64,000 nucleotides of DNA. Source: an uncultured Acidobacteriota bacterium. Lineage in GTDB: Bacteria > Acidobacteriota > Terriglobia > UBA7540. The first letter of the stretch is position 1; every line of letters starts with the position of its first letter. Under the pieces are notes generated by a model. That model did no database searches. It was not told the DNA's origin and saw only the letters and a list, made by a program, of their open reading frames with translations. The position numbers and the translations under genes are program-made. Shown here piece after piece: positions 10,488-19,899 of this stretch. Where the stretch lies: positions 480,001 to 544,000 of the forward strand of contig CAWDSK010000001.1 in the NCBI GenBank assembly GCA_963804995.1, written 5' to 3'.

Positions 10488-11084
10488 TCAGGTTGTTCCG
10501 AGGAGCCCGCGGAAGAAGAATTCGGTATAAGCCTGGCCAAGCTCTTCCTGCGAGATGGGGCCCTCAGTGGAATACCACTGATAGAGCCAATTGATCATTC
10601 CCAGCAGGGCGAAGGCGGCGAGGCGGGGTTTTACCAGGGGTGGTCTTCCGCTTTGTTCCTGGACCCGCGCGATCAGGTCGACAAGATACTCGATGTAAGC
10701 CCGTTTGCGGGCGTTCAGCTTTTTGCGCAAGCCGCCGCCGAGCGAGCGGTTTTCGTGGAGGATCACGGTGATTTCCTGGTCGCGGGCGCGCACGATCAGG
10801 TCGATGTGGCCGAGGATGGTTCGCCGGAGCTTTTCGCGGGGGTCGGCGACGTCTTTGATGGGGGCGAGCACCGTCTCATCCAGGATGTCCATGCCGTAAT
10901 TCTGAATCTCGAAGAGCAGGCGATCCTTGCTGCCCACGTGGTGATAGAGGCCAGCCTTGGTGAGACCCACCGCTTCGGCGATGTCCTGCATCGAGGCGCC
11001 ATCGTAGCTCTTGGCATAGAAGACCCGCGCCGCGATGCGGCAAATCTCACGTAGTTTCTGTTTGGTTTCGCGAGCTTGAGCCAT
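10488..11084 (-). CDS. TetR/AcrR-family regulator (KstR2-like C-terminus)
   Basis: AARVFYAKSYDGASMQDIAEAVGLTKAGLYHHVGSK; LLGMINWLYQWY. Confidence 0.93.
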   Translation of the reverse strand: MAQARETKQKLREICRIAARVFYAKSYDGASMQDIAEAVGLTKAGLYHHVGSKDRLLFEIQNYGMDILDETVLAPIKDVADPREKLRRTILGHIDLIVRARDQEITVILHENRSLGGGLRKKLNARKRAYIEYLVDLIARVQEQSGRPPLVKPRLAAFALLGMINWLYQWYSTEGPISQEELGQAYTEFFFRGLLGTT

Positions 11085-11217
11085 GGCAGGTTAATCCCCG
11101 CGTCACTAGACGCAGTGTAACACAAGAGGCAACGGCAAGCATGCAGTTTCTAGGATGGTGAATGCGGAGAGCGGGTCGCTACGTGTTACGTAAGAGGGAT
11201 AATATCGAGAAGCTTAA

Positions 11218-11302
11218 TGGTGCGAAAGGGGGGACTCGAACCCCCACCCCTTGCGGGACCAGATCCTAAGTCTGGCGCGTCTGCCAATTCCGCCACTTTC
11301 GC
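11218..11302 (-). tRNA. tRNA-Leu (TAG)
   Basis: Reverse complement GCGAAAGTGGCGGAATTGGCAGACGCGCCAGACTTAGGATCTGG, long variable arm, GTTCGAGTC, CCA. Confidence 0.97.
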
Positions 11303-11441
11303 GCGCGAGTTATTATAGCGTATCGAAAAGCCCTTCGCCTGCCCTCGGCGTCCGCTCCGCCTGCTTTCCCGGATATTGACTCTGACCGATGATCACCATA
11401 GTCTGGAAGTGATTCGCTGAAACAATTCCTGGAGTGCCTTG

Positions 11442-12377
11442 ATGAACAGTCGCAAAAGACTCGGCCGTGCCCTGGTCACGATGATCGCCTTAGGACTGCT
11501 GAGCGGATTGCCCCTGTATGCGCAGGGGACACCGCCCGAAATCGCCAAAGATCCGCTTCTCGAAACGCTGAATGGTGAATTTCGCATGCAGTACCAGCGC
11601 GCCTTGGCGGAGTCACTCGCGGAGGCGGGGCCGGTGATTCTCGAGGAGGGTGACAACCTTATTCTGGTTCGCAAGGGCCAGCGGACCACCGCACTGGTGA
11701 AGCCGGTCGAGTATCACGAGCTCAAGGCTGTCGCGCACATCCCCCTGGCGCTTTTCGTAATGCTGGGGTTTCCTCAGGAGACGACCCTCTCCGACGACCG
11801 CTTGCAGCGTCTCAGGCATTACCGCGAGTTGATGGTGAACGCGCGCGCAACCTTGCCGGGCCGGCACTTCACGCCGGAACAACTCCAGCGGCAGCAGCGT
11901 ATTTTCGCCGCCTCTTTCGAGTTGCTGGATGGAGTTCTGGCGAAGGGTCAAGTCAACCCGCAAACACTGGAAAACTTTACGCGACAACTCGGGCCGCTGC
12001 TCCTCGCAAATGTCACGGACGCGACAGCGGCGGAGATGCGCGAACTCTACGCGACCTTGGCGGCCTGGCGGAACGAACTGAGCCCGGGGGAGTGGAAGGC
12101 GTTGCACGTCGTCATGATTGGCCCCCACATGCCGCGCGAGCAGGAATGCTCAATCCAATTTTTCGAGCGTCTTTTCCGTGAGCCTGGAGAAGGCAAGCGC
12201 ATCATTTATGCCGAGGCCCTGTGGAACGAAAAAGACGCGCTCAACCTGCTCGCCACGCATGTGGTGGACGAAGCCGCGGGCACAGCTTTCTTCGGCGACC
12301 CGATGCGCATGCACCGTGATTTGCTGGCCGATGCGGCCAAGGCGTACCTCGATACGCATCCCCTCGCACCGTATTGA
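11442..12377 (+). CDS. Exported hypothetical protein
   Basis: Long ORF with signal peptide (..ALVTMIALGLLSGLPLYAQ); conserved-looking motifs ELKAVAHIPL and FFGDPMRMHRDLL; family not recognised. Confidence 0.75.
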   Translation: MNSRKRLGRALVTMIALGLLSGLPLYAQGTPPEIAKDPLLETLNGEFRMQYQRALAESLAEAGPVILEEGDNLILVRKGQRTTALVKPVEYHELKAVAHIPLALFVMLGFPQETTLSDDRLQRLRHYRELMVNARATLPGRHFTPEQLQRQQRIFAASFELLDGVLAKGQVNPQTLENFTRQLGPLLLANVTDATAAEMRELYATLAAWRNELSPGEWKALHVVMIGPHMPREQECSIQFFERLFREPGEGKRIIYAEALWNEKDALNLLATHVVDEAAGTAFFGDPMRMHRDLLADAAKAYLDTHPLAPY

Positions 12378-12520
12378 TTCACCTGGCGAAGGCTCTAAGG
12401 GGACACACTTCTGCCGAACCCTTATTATTTCCCTGTTGAGCCGGCGGCTGGCCCGACCGGGTGGTGATATCTAAAAATCCCGCTCCCAATTTGCGCATCT
12501 ACTGTTACATTACCTCCCTC

Positions 12521-14168
12521 ATGCATCCCTACTTCAAAGTAGTTCTGGCGATTCTTGCGACTTTCCTCGGGCTGTTGATTCTGCACCTGCCGCTGCTTCG
12601 CCTGCCGTATTTCTGGGACGAAGCGGGGTATTACGTTCCCGCGGCGCTCGATTTCTACCGCGCCGGTCTGCTCATCCCCACCAGTACGCTGCCGGTGGGC
12701 CACACGCCGCTGGTCATGGTCTACCTTGGACTCGCCTGGCGTGTATGGGGATATTCTCCCTGGGTTACACGTACCGCGATGACACTCATCGCCGCGTCGA
12801 CCCTCGCAGCTCTGTATACCTTGGGGCGGCGCGTTGCGACCCGCGAAATTGCCGGTCTTGAGCACCATCCTGCTGGCACTCTCACCGCTATTCTTCGCTC
12901 AAAGCACACTTGTGCATCTGGATCTTGCCGTAGCGCTCTTCACCACCCTGGCGGTTTTATTCCTGCTCGGAGATTCACTTTGGCTCTTCGCTCTGGCAGC
13001 GTCGCTGGCGGTTCTGAGCAAAGAGACCGCCGTCGTCTTGCTGCCTGTAGCATGGATTTATGTGTGGCGAAGGAATCGAGGGCATGCGACGGGGCAGGCA
13101 GCCTCATTCCGAGCCTGGATCGCCCTGGGCGCGCCGCTTGTGCCACTGGCGGCTTGGGCACTTTACTACCACCACGGCACGGGTTACTGGACCGGTAACC
13201 GCGAGTACTTAAGCTACAACTTGTACTCAACCCTTTCTCCCTTTCGAGTTTTCTGGACTCTGTTACGGCGCGTTTATGAACTCTTTCTCAGCGGATTCAA
13301 TTGGCTGCTTACGGCGTGCGCGCCCGTGGGGCTTTGGTGGGGAAGGAAGCGTGAGGAACGGGATACGGGATACGGGATACGGGATACAGGACGTGGGAAC
13401 CGGGATACGGGACACGCGACACGGGAATCGGATCTCGGGAATCGGGGTGCGAGTTCCGGAGGTTCCCCGTATCCCGTATCCCGTGTCCCGTGTCCCGACT
13501 CTAAAACCCCTCCCTGGCGGCCATTCATTTTTTTGACCGCGGGGCTGGTGGCAATCTATCTGCTCCTGTTGAGTGTGACAGGTGGGGCCATCCTACCGCG
13601 CTATCTGCTCCCGGTAATGCCTCTGTTCTACCTCGTCGGGGTGGCCCTGGTAACGCGCTTGCCGCGCTCCCTCTCCCGGCTCATCTGCCTGACGACGGCA
13701 GCCTGCTTTGTTTGGGCGTGGTTTATCAATCCACCTTGCTCGTTTCCATATGAAGACAACCTCTCTTATGCGGACTTTGTCCGGCTGCACGAACAGGCAG
13801 CGCATTATTTGGAAACACAGCCCGGCGACCTGCGCATTCTGACGGCGTGGCCGGCGACTGACGAACTGGCGCGACCCAACCTCGGTTACGTGCGAAAGCC
13901 GCTGCGCGTTGTTCCTGTTGAGGGATTCGGGCCACGGGAATTGGATGGTGTGGGTCTTGATTCCTTCGACTTGCTGTATTCCTATTCCCGCAAGTGGGAA
14001 CCGTCCGGCAACTGGGTGGCGCGCTTTCCGTTCTGGCTGCAATTGCAAGAGCGCTACTTCGATTATCGGCCGCAAATCGGGGCAGAGGATCTAGTCGCGC
14101 GCTATCACTTGAAATTGCAGGCTGAGTTCACCCAACGCGGCCAGTGGGTACGGATTTATTCCTGGTAG
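12521..14168 (+). CDS. GT-C fold (PMT/GT39-like) membrane glycosyltransferase with a frameshift near 12855 and an in-frame repeat insert
   Basis: LRLPYFWDEAGYY, HTPL, LSPLFFAQS, LSKET, LPRYLLP; many TM segments; split between ORFs 12461-13198 and 12834-14168. Confidence 0.8.
13360..13500. repeat. Inverted heptamer tandem arrays (GGGATAC)n...(GTRTCCC)n inside a CDS
   Basis: CGGGATACGGGATACGGGATACGGGATAC...CCCGTATCCCGTATCCCGTGTCCCGTGTCCCG. Confidence 0.9.
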
Positions 14169-14717
14169 GCAAAACGCCGCAGCCCACAAGCACGTTGTGG
14201 GAGTCCCGAAGGAGTTGCGATTCTCCCATGTCTTGTGCGGTAGTCGGCCCGCTACTTGGGCTTGCAAGCGCCCTTAGTAGTTATGCCGGCGCTTATAGGC
14301 CGTTGCCGCTCTTTCTTCTTGTGCCCTTCCCGATCCATAACATCACGGGCTGGCGCTGACCGCCGATCTTGGGGGTCTGCGACAAGCCGCAGGAAGGCCG
14401 CACCACTTTGTTCGGACAATTTGTGCGCTCTTTTGCATTTTAGGGCTACCGGTAGCCCAGACCTATACATTGCCTATTGACATAGCCCAGTCGAATAAGA
14501 GCACAATAGAGGTGAGGAAGCGCAGCGCGCCGATGCGTCCAGACGAGCTTTAACACAGAGGTCACGGAGATGCTCTGGGCGCTCGATATTAAAGCTTGCC
14601 AGGCACAGGTCAGCACAAGCCTATGTAGCGCCGACCTTGAGAGCCTGCCCTGAGCACCGCGAAGGGTCGGCACATGCTGAACTAAAGTTCAGCACTACAA
14701 AATTGGCCGCGGCTTTC

Positions 14718-14980
14718 CATTATGTGTCGCAAACAAAAGGGGTTAACGGTGAAGAGGAGAAATCTTGCGGCAGTCTATATGATTGAGATTAAGACAGTTA
14801 ATAGTTCTGAGTGGCCAAGGTAGCAAAAAACGCGGGGGGGAAAAAATGAAGGATAGTCTCGCGATGTTGTTGAAAACAAATGGTGGCAAAATGTCACTTT
14901 ATTGCCTTGCCATGATATTGATGAAACCAAAGGAGATATAGCCTGCTTGCCATTATGTTGATGAAAATACAAGGAGTTAT
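14718..14980. repeat. AT-rich degenerate direct-repeat array, consensus about ATGTTGATGAAAACAAAGGAGTTA
   Basis: Clear copies near 14862, 14911 and 14951; weaker copies near 14718 and 14777. Confidence 0.6.
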
Positions 14981-15415
14981 TGAACATGACGGAGAGGAGG
15001 GAAGAAGAGAGAATCACTCGGATGAGAGAAAGATGGCCGCAAAGCTAAAGTCCGACCTTCGGTGCTCAGGGAAGAAGCCAAGTTCACAAAAGCGGTTACC
15101 AGCGATAAGAAACCGGTAAAGCCCGATAGTGAAAAGGCGCCAACTCCAACGCCCCAACCCCAGCGTGACACACCTTCCCACTTCGGTTATCGGTAGGTTG
15201 TCACACGAAGATGAGCCCCCAAAACGACTTAGACTTGGAGAGTCCTTCAATCACCCGATCACCCGATGGCCCGATGACCCGATCAGCCAATGGCCCCTGT
15301 TGTGCTACATATAGTCTGGGTCCATTCTCAATCTGTGGCGGAATTCGCAGACCATCCGATTCCCTGACCCGCGCCTGAAGTCCCGACCCGCTGATATCGC
15401 GTCCGAGGCGTCCCT

Positions 15416-16426
15416 ATGTTGAAGCCACCTGCCAACTCAACCCGGCGCAACTTCTTGAAGGGCGGAATTTCCCTGGGCGGCGCGCTCTGGGGGCTCAATT
15501 TGGGAGGGGGCGGTGCGGCCGGGTCACCCTCGACTACGGAGGCAGGACGCTCGCGGGTCGTTATCGCCCGCGACCCCAGGGTTCGCAACGCCGCTTCCAG
15601 TTTCGACTCCGCGCAAGTGGCGAAACTCCTCGACCGCGCCTTGGAAGCTTCGTTCCATGTCGACTCGGCCCTTGAAGCGTGGAAGCAAGTCGTTCATCCG
15701 GGTGAGGTGGTGGGACTGAAGGTAAACTGCCTGGGGGGCCGCGGCAACGCCACGCACCCGGAACTGGTGGAAGCGATTACGGAGCGTTTGCGGCAGGCGG
15801 GTATCACTGAGATCGTGGTCTGGGAGCGGCAGAACTCAGACCTTGAGCACGCCCGCTACAAGATTGTCGAGCACGGTTCGGGCCTGCGCTGTTTTGGCAA
15901 CGACACGCTGGGTTTTGAGGATGAACTATCGACCTTCGGCCAGGCGGGCAGCCGCCTCTGCCAAACGCTCACGCGAGTTTGCGACGCGGTCATCAACCTG
16001 CCGGTGCTCAAGGACCACGGTATCGCTGGCGTCACACTGGCGCTCAAGAGCATGTTCGGGGCGATTCACAACCCCAACAAGTATCATTTGAATGCTGGTG
16101 ATCCCTACGTGGCAGACATCAATGCGCTGGCCCCCCTTCGCCAGAAGCTTCGCCTGCATATCTGCGATGGCCTTAACGCACAATACGAGGGTGGACCGTC
16201 CTACATGCCGCAGTGGATGTGGCCGTTCAACGGGTTGCTGGTGGCACGCGACCCGGTAGCACTCGACTATGTGGGTTGGAAGATCATAGAGAAGAAACGG
16301 GCTGAAGCCGGCATGAAGCCGCTCAGGGAACTGAAGCGAGAGCCCACGTACATCACGACCGCCGCCGACGCTGAGCACGGCCTGGGCACGTGCGATCCGC
16401 AGCGCATTGAGCAGGTGGAAATTTGA
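15416..16426 (+). CDS. DUF362-domain protein with twin-arginine signal
   Basis: STRRNFLK; VGLKVN, THPELV, INLPVLKDHGIAGVTLALK.MFG, DPVALD. Confidence 0.88.
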   Translation: MLKPPANSTRRNFLKGGISLGGALWGLNLGGGGAAGSPSTTEAGRSRVVIARDPRVRNAASSFDSAQVAKLLDRALEASFHVDSALEAWKQVVHPGEVVGLKVNCLGGRGNATHPELVEAITERLRQAGITEIVVWERQNSDLEHARYKIVEHGSGLRCFGNDTLGFEDELSTFGQAGSRLCQTLTRVCDAVINLPVLKDHGIAGVTLALKSMFGAIHNPNKYHLNAGDPYVADINALAPLRQKLRLHICDGLNAQYEGGPSYMPQWMWPFNGLLVARDPVALDYVGWKIIEKKRAEAGMKPLRELKREPTYITTAADAEHGLGTCDPQRIEQVEI

Positions 16427-16464
16427 TGAGCATTGATCGTTGCATAGATTTCGTTGGACCTTGC

Positions 16465-16603
16465 GACCCCCTCACCCCCCTGCCCCTCTGTTGCCGCGGC
16501 GACCGAGGGGGAGAGTTCGTTTCTTCTACCCTCGCCCCTTTGGGGGAGAGGGTGGACCGCCGCCGGCGCTTTCACCAGCCGGGGCGGGACGGGTGAGGGG
16601 GTC
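16465..16603. repeat. CCCTCACCC...GGGTGAGGG REP-like palindrome
   Basis: Reverse-orientation copy of the family at 3843, 5273 and 30382. Confidence 0.8.
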
Positions 16604-16644
16604 GACAATTGAGTGACATTTGTGAATTACACAACTAAAACATT

Positions 16645-17790
16645 TTGAACGCCGTCGACCGCCGCGCCTTTTTAAAAGCCGCTTCGCTGCCCTGTTTCGC
16701 GGCCTGCGGCGGGGCCCTGGTGGGGGCACGGCTTGCCGCGCCCTTGTTCGCCGCGCCTGCCGCCGAGAACGACGAGCAGTTCATCAAGGAAGCGAAGTTT
16801 TACGAAAAGCTGGCCTATAAAAAGATCAAGTGCAAACTCTGCCCGCGCGAGTGCGTGATTGACGACCAGGAGCGCGGTTACTGTGGCGTGCGCGAGAATC
16901 GCGGCGGCACCTACTACACGCTGGTGCATTCGCGCGTGGTGACGGCGCACATTGATCCCATTGAGAAGAAACCTTTCTTCCATTTTCTGCCCGGCGCCGT
17001 GGCTTTCTCACTCGCCACCGCGGGATGCAACGTTAACTGCAAGATGTGCCAGAATTGGGAGATTTCCCAGGTGCGTCCGGAGCAGGTGCGCAGCGTCTAT
17101 TTACCACCAGAAAGACTCACTGGGTTCGCGCAGCAAAATCACTGCCCGGTCATTGCCTACACTTACAGCGAGCCGGTGGTGTTTGCCGAGTATGTGCTTG
17201 ACAGCGCTGCCGCGGCACGGGCGGCGGGCATCCGAACGGTGGTGGTGAGCGGCGGGTACATTCAGACTGACCCACTCCAGAAGCTCAGCGCGCACGTCGA
17301 CGCCATCAAGATTGACCTGAAAGCGTACTCCGAAAAGTTCTATAAGGAAGTAGTGAATGGCGAGCTCAAGCCGGTTCTGGAAGCGCTCGTCACCCTGCGC
17401 AAAACCGGCGTGTGGAACGAGATTGTTTATCTCGTGGTGCCCACGCTCAATGACACGGATGCGGAGTTCCAAGGCCTGGCGCGCTGGGTCAAATCCGAAC
17501 TCGGCCCCGACGTGCCGCTGCACTTCTCGCGTTTTCATCCCGAGTACTTGCTCAAGAACCTGCCGCCCACGCCCATCGAAACGCTGGAGCGCGCCAAGGC
17601 CATCGCCGATGCCGAGGGGCTTCACTACGTGTACATCGGCAACGTCCCCGGCCATCCGGCGGAGAGCACCTACTGCCCCCATTGCCGGAAGAAAGTCGTG
17701 GACCGCACCGGTTACACTATTGCCGGAATCTATCTGCACCACGGCAAGTGCCAGTTCTGCCAGACGACGATTCCTGGAGTGTGGGCGTGA
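16645..17790 (+). CDS. amrS: AmmeMemoRadiSam system radical SAM enzyme with Tat-like leader
   Basis: CKLCPREC..GYCGVR, DPIEKKPFFHF.PG, CNVNCKMCQNWEISQ (CxxxCxxC), IAYTYSEP, PLHFSRFHP, YVYIGNVPG..TYCP.C; N-terminal DRRAFLK. Confidence 0.95.
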   Translation: MNAVDRRAFLKAASLPCFAACGGALVGARLAAPLFAAPAAENDEQFIKEAKFYEKLAYKKIKCKLCPRECVIDDQERGYCGVRENRGGTYYTLVHSRVVTAHIDPIEKKPFFHFLPGAVAFSLATAGCNVNCKMCQNWEISQVRPEQVRSVYLPPERLTGFAQQNHCPVIAYTYSEPVVFAEYVLDSAAAARAAGIRTVVVSGGYIQTDPLQKLSAHVDAIKIDLKAYSEKFYKEVVNGELKPVLEALVTLRKTGVWNEIVYLVVPTLNDTDAEFQGLARWVKSELGPDVPLHFSRFHPEYLLKNLPPTPIETLERAKAIADAEGLHYVYIGNVPGHPAESTYCPHCRKKVVDRTGYTIAGIYLHHGKCQFCQTTIPGVWA

Positions 17791-17857
17791 GAGAGATCAG
17801 GCAGTGGGCAGATGGGCAGGTGGGCAGGTAGAGAGAAAGAGAATAGGATGGAGACGT

Positions 17858-18130
17858 ATGGGGAACGGACAGGCAGGAGAAACCCCAAGGAGGAGCGATG
17901 AGGGCAGGATTCGGTCCTATCGCGACCTGCGGGTTGGCAGGGATAGTATAGGTGAATACCTTCAGTTTCTCAGGATTTCGCAGGGCTCGTTGAAGGAACT
18001 GGAAACCCACTTGATCCTTTGCACGCGCGTCAGCCTTATGACTGCGGTACAGGCTCAAAGTACCTTGGAGCATTGTGATCGCTTAGGAAAAATGTTGCAC
18101 CGATTGATCCGGTCGCTCCAGGGTTCTTAG
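17858..18130 (+). pseudogene. Four-helix-bundle (23S-IVS protein/Avd-like) gene with an internal deletion
   Basis: IRSYRDLRV joins directly to GRDSIGEYLQFLRISQGSLKELETHL...LGKMLHRLIRSL. The central WQ..FP..E.YGL.SQ.RRAA.S..NIAEG block is missing. Flanked by inverted TGGGCAGR / CTGCCCA arrays. Confidence 0.8.
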
Positions 18131-18177
18131 CCACTGCCCATCTGCCAACTGCCCATCTGCTTGTTGAAGGTGATGCC

Positions 18178-19899
18178 ATGGTTAATCCTAGACATTTGCT
18201 CTTCATTACTCTACTTGCCCTGCTGGCCTTGATTCAGCCTCGGGTGGCTGATACGCAGCCGACCGGCAGAAATGCTGACCGCTACCCACCCGCCCATTTA
18301 CCGACTGCATTCTGCCTACTGCCTACTGCCCACTGCCTACTGCCCACCGCCGGGGTGGACGCGGCCAAAGTACGAGCTCCCGCCGTGGCGGGTGGTTTCT
18401 ATCCCGCCGACCCCAAGGAACTCACCCAGATGATCGATGACTATCTGGCACGTAACTCCGTGGCGCAGGTCCAGGAGCCTCTTGTCGCTCTCATTTGTCC
18501 GCACGCCGGCTATGTCTACACATATCCCGTGGCGGCGGCTTGCTTCGCGCAGCTCAAGGGCAAGAAATACGCACGCGTGGTGGTGATTGCGCCGTCGCAC
18601 TTTGAAAATTTTCCTTTTTCTTCCATCTACGATGGCGACGCCTACCAAACCCCGCTCGGCACGATTCCATTGGACAAGGCTTTCGGGGCGAAGCTCGTGC
18701 AATTAAATTCCACTATTAAGTTCTCAGAGCGCGGCCACACTCCTGCAGGGAAGCAAGGCGAGCACGCGCTGGAAGTTCAACTTCCCTATCTCCAGCGCAC
18801 GATCGGAGAATTCCAACTAGTACCCATCGTGATGGGCGACCAGGATTACGCGCTCTGCCGCTCCCTGGGCGTGGCGCTGGCCAAGGCGCTGCTGGCCGAG
18901 GCCCCTGAAGTGCGCGCCCAGACGCTCATCCTGGTTAGCTCCGACCTTTCGCACTATCACCCTTACGACGAGGCGGTCGGTATCGACCACCACACACTCG
19001 CCGCCCTTGAGGAGTGGGACTACCTGAGCCTGTGGCGCAACTTTATGACGCGTACCTGGGAAGCTTGCGGCGGCGGACCCATCGTGGCGGGCATGATCGC
19101 GGCGGAGCGCCTGGGGGCGAGTCACGCGCAGATTCTCAAGTACGCGAATTCCGGTGATACGACGGGCGATAAGAGCCGCGTGGTCGGTTATGGCGCCGTC
19201 GCCATCACCCAGGCAAAACCGCAGTCCAGCAAGAAGAGCGCGGACTTTTCCCTCACCGGCCACGAGAAGGACGCCTTGATGAAGATCGCCCGGGCGTCGG
19301 TTGAGACTGCGGTGCGCGAAAGAAAGATGTACCTGGTGGGCGCAACCGGCCTGCCGCGTCTGGAGGAAGACCGCGGCGCCTTCGTCACCCTCAAGGAGCA
19401 TGGCGAGCTGCGCGGCTGCATCGGCTACATCACGCCCGTGAAAGCTCTGGCGGAAACCGTGCGCGACGTGGCGGCCTACGCGGCATTGCAGGACCGACGC
19501 TTCGAACCCGTCAGCCCGGCGGAATTGCCCGTGCTTCAGTACGAGATTTCCGTCATGTCACCGCTCCGGCGTGTTTTGGATGTTAAGGAGATCAAAGTTG
19601 GCAAACATGGATTGATTATTAAGAAAGGTGATATCGAGGGAATCCTGCTGCCGCAGGTACCGGTGGAGGAACACTGGGACCGCGACACCTTCATCGAGCA
19701 GACCTGCGTTAAGGCCGGGCTGCCGCGCCACGCCTGGAAGGACGATGACACCGATATCTTCATGTTCACGGCGCTGGTCTTTGGCGAGCAAACTTCTATA
19801 GAGTCGGCGGTGCCTAATCCGCCAACCGCTCCCGGCCGGCAGCAGCCACCAGGGTTACAGCTACCAACACCGTCGGGGCCAGATTCACCACGGCCATGA
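18178..19899 (+). CDS. amrB: AmmeMemoRadiSam protein B (MEMO) fused to protein A (AMMECR1)
   Basis: VRAPAVAGGFYP, PHAGYVY, EHALEVQLPYLQ, SSDLSHY, YANSGD, VVGY; then GAFVTL..G.LRGCIG, D.RF.PV, EISVMS, G.HGLII, LLPQV, C.KAGL. Confidence 0.94.
   Translation: MVNPRHLLFITLLALLALIQPRVADTQPTGRNADRYPPAHLPTAFCLLPTAHCLLPTAGVDAAKVRAPAVAGGFYPADPKELTQMIDDYLARNSVAQVQEPLVALICPHAGYVYTYPVAAACFAQLKGKKYARVVVIAPSHFENFPFSSIYDGDAYQTPLGTIPLDKAFGAKLVQLNSTIKFSERGHTPAGKQGEHALEVQLPYLQRTIGEFQLVPIVMGDQDYALCRSLGVALAKALLAEAPEVRAQTLILVSSDLSHYHPYDEAVGIDHHTLAALEEWDYLSLWRNFMTRTWEACGGGPIVAGMIAAERLGASHAQILKYANSGDTTGDKSRVVGYGAVAITQAKPQSSKKSADFSLTGHEKDALMKIARASVETAVRERKMYLVGATGLPRLEEDRGAFVTLKEHGELRGCIGYITPVKALAETVRDVAAYAALQDRRFEPVSPAELPVLQYEISVMSPLRRVLDVKEIKVGKHGLIIKKGDIEGILLPQVPVEEHWDRDTFIEQTCVKAGLPRHAWKDDDTDIFMFTALVFGEQTSIESAVPNPPTAPGRQQPPGLQLPTPSGPDSPRP

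Noticed and set aside
14718..14980. CRISPR array
   Set aside because: Repeats are degenerate and irregularly spaced, the gaps are short, and there are no cas genes
17858..18130. Diversity-generating retroelement (Avd-like gene)
   Set aside because: No reverse transcriptase and no TR/VR pair with adenine-specific mismatches were seen in the window
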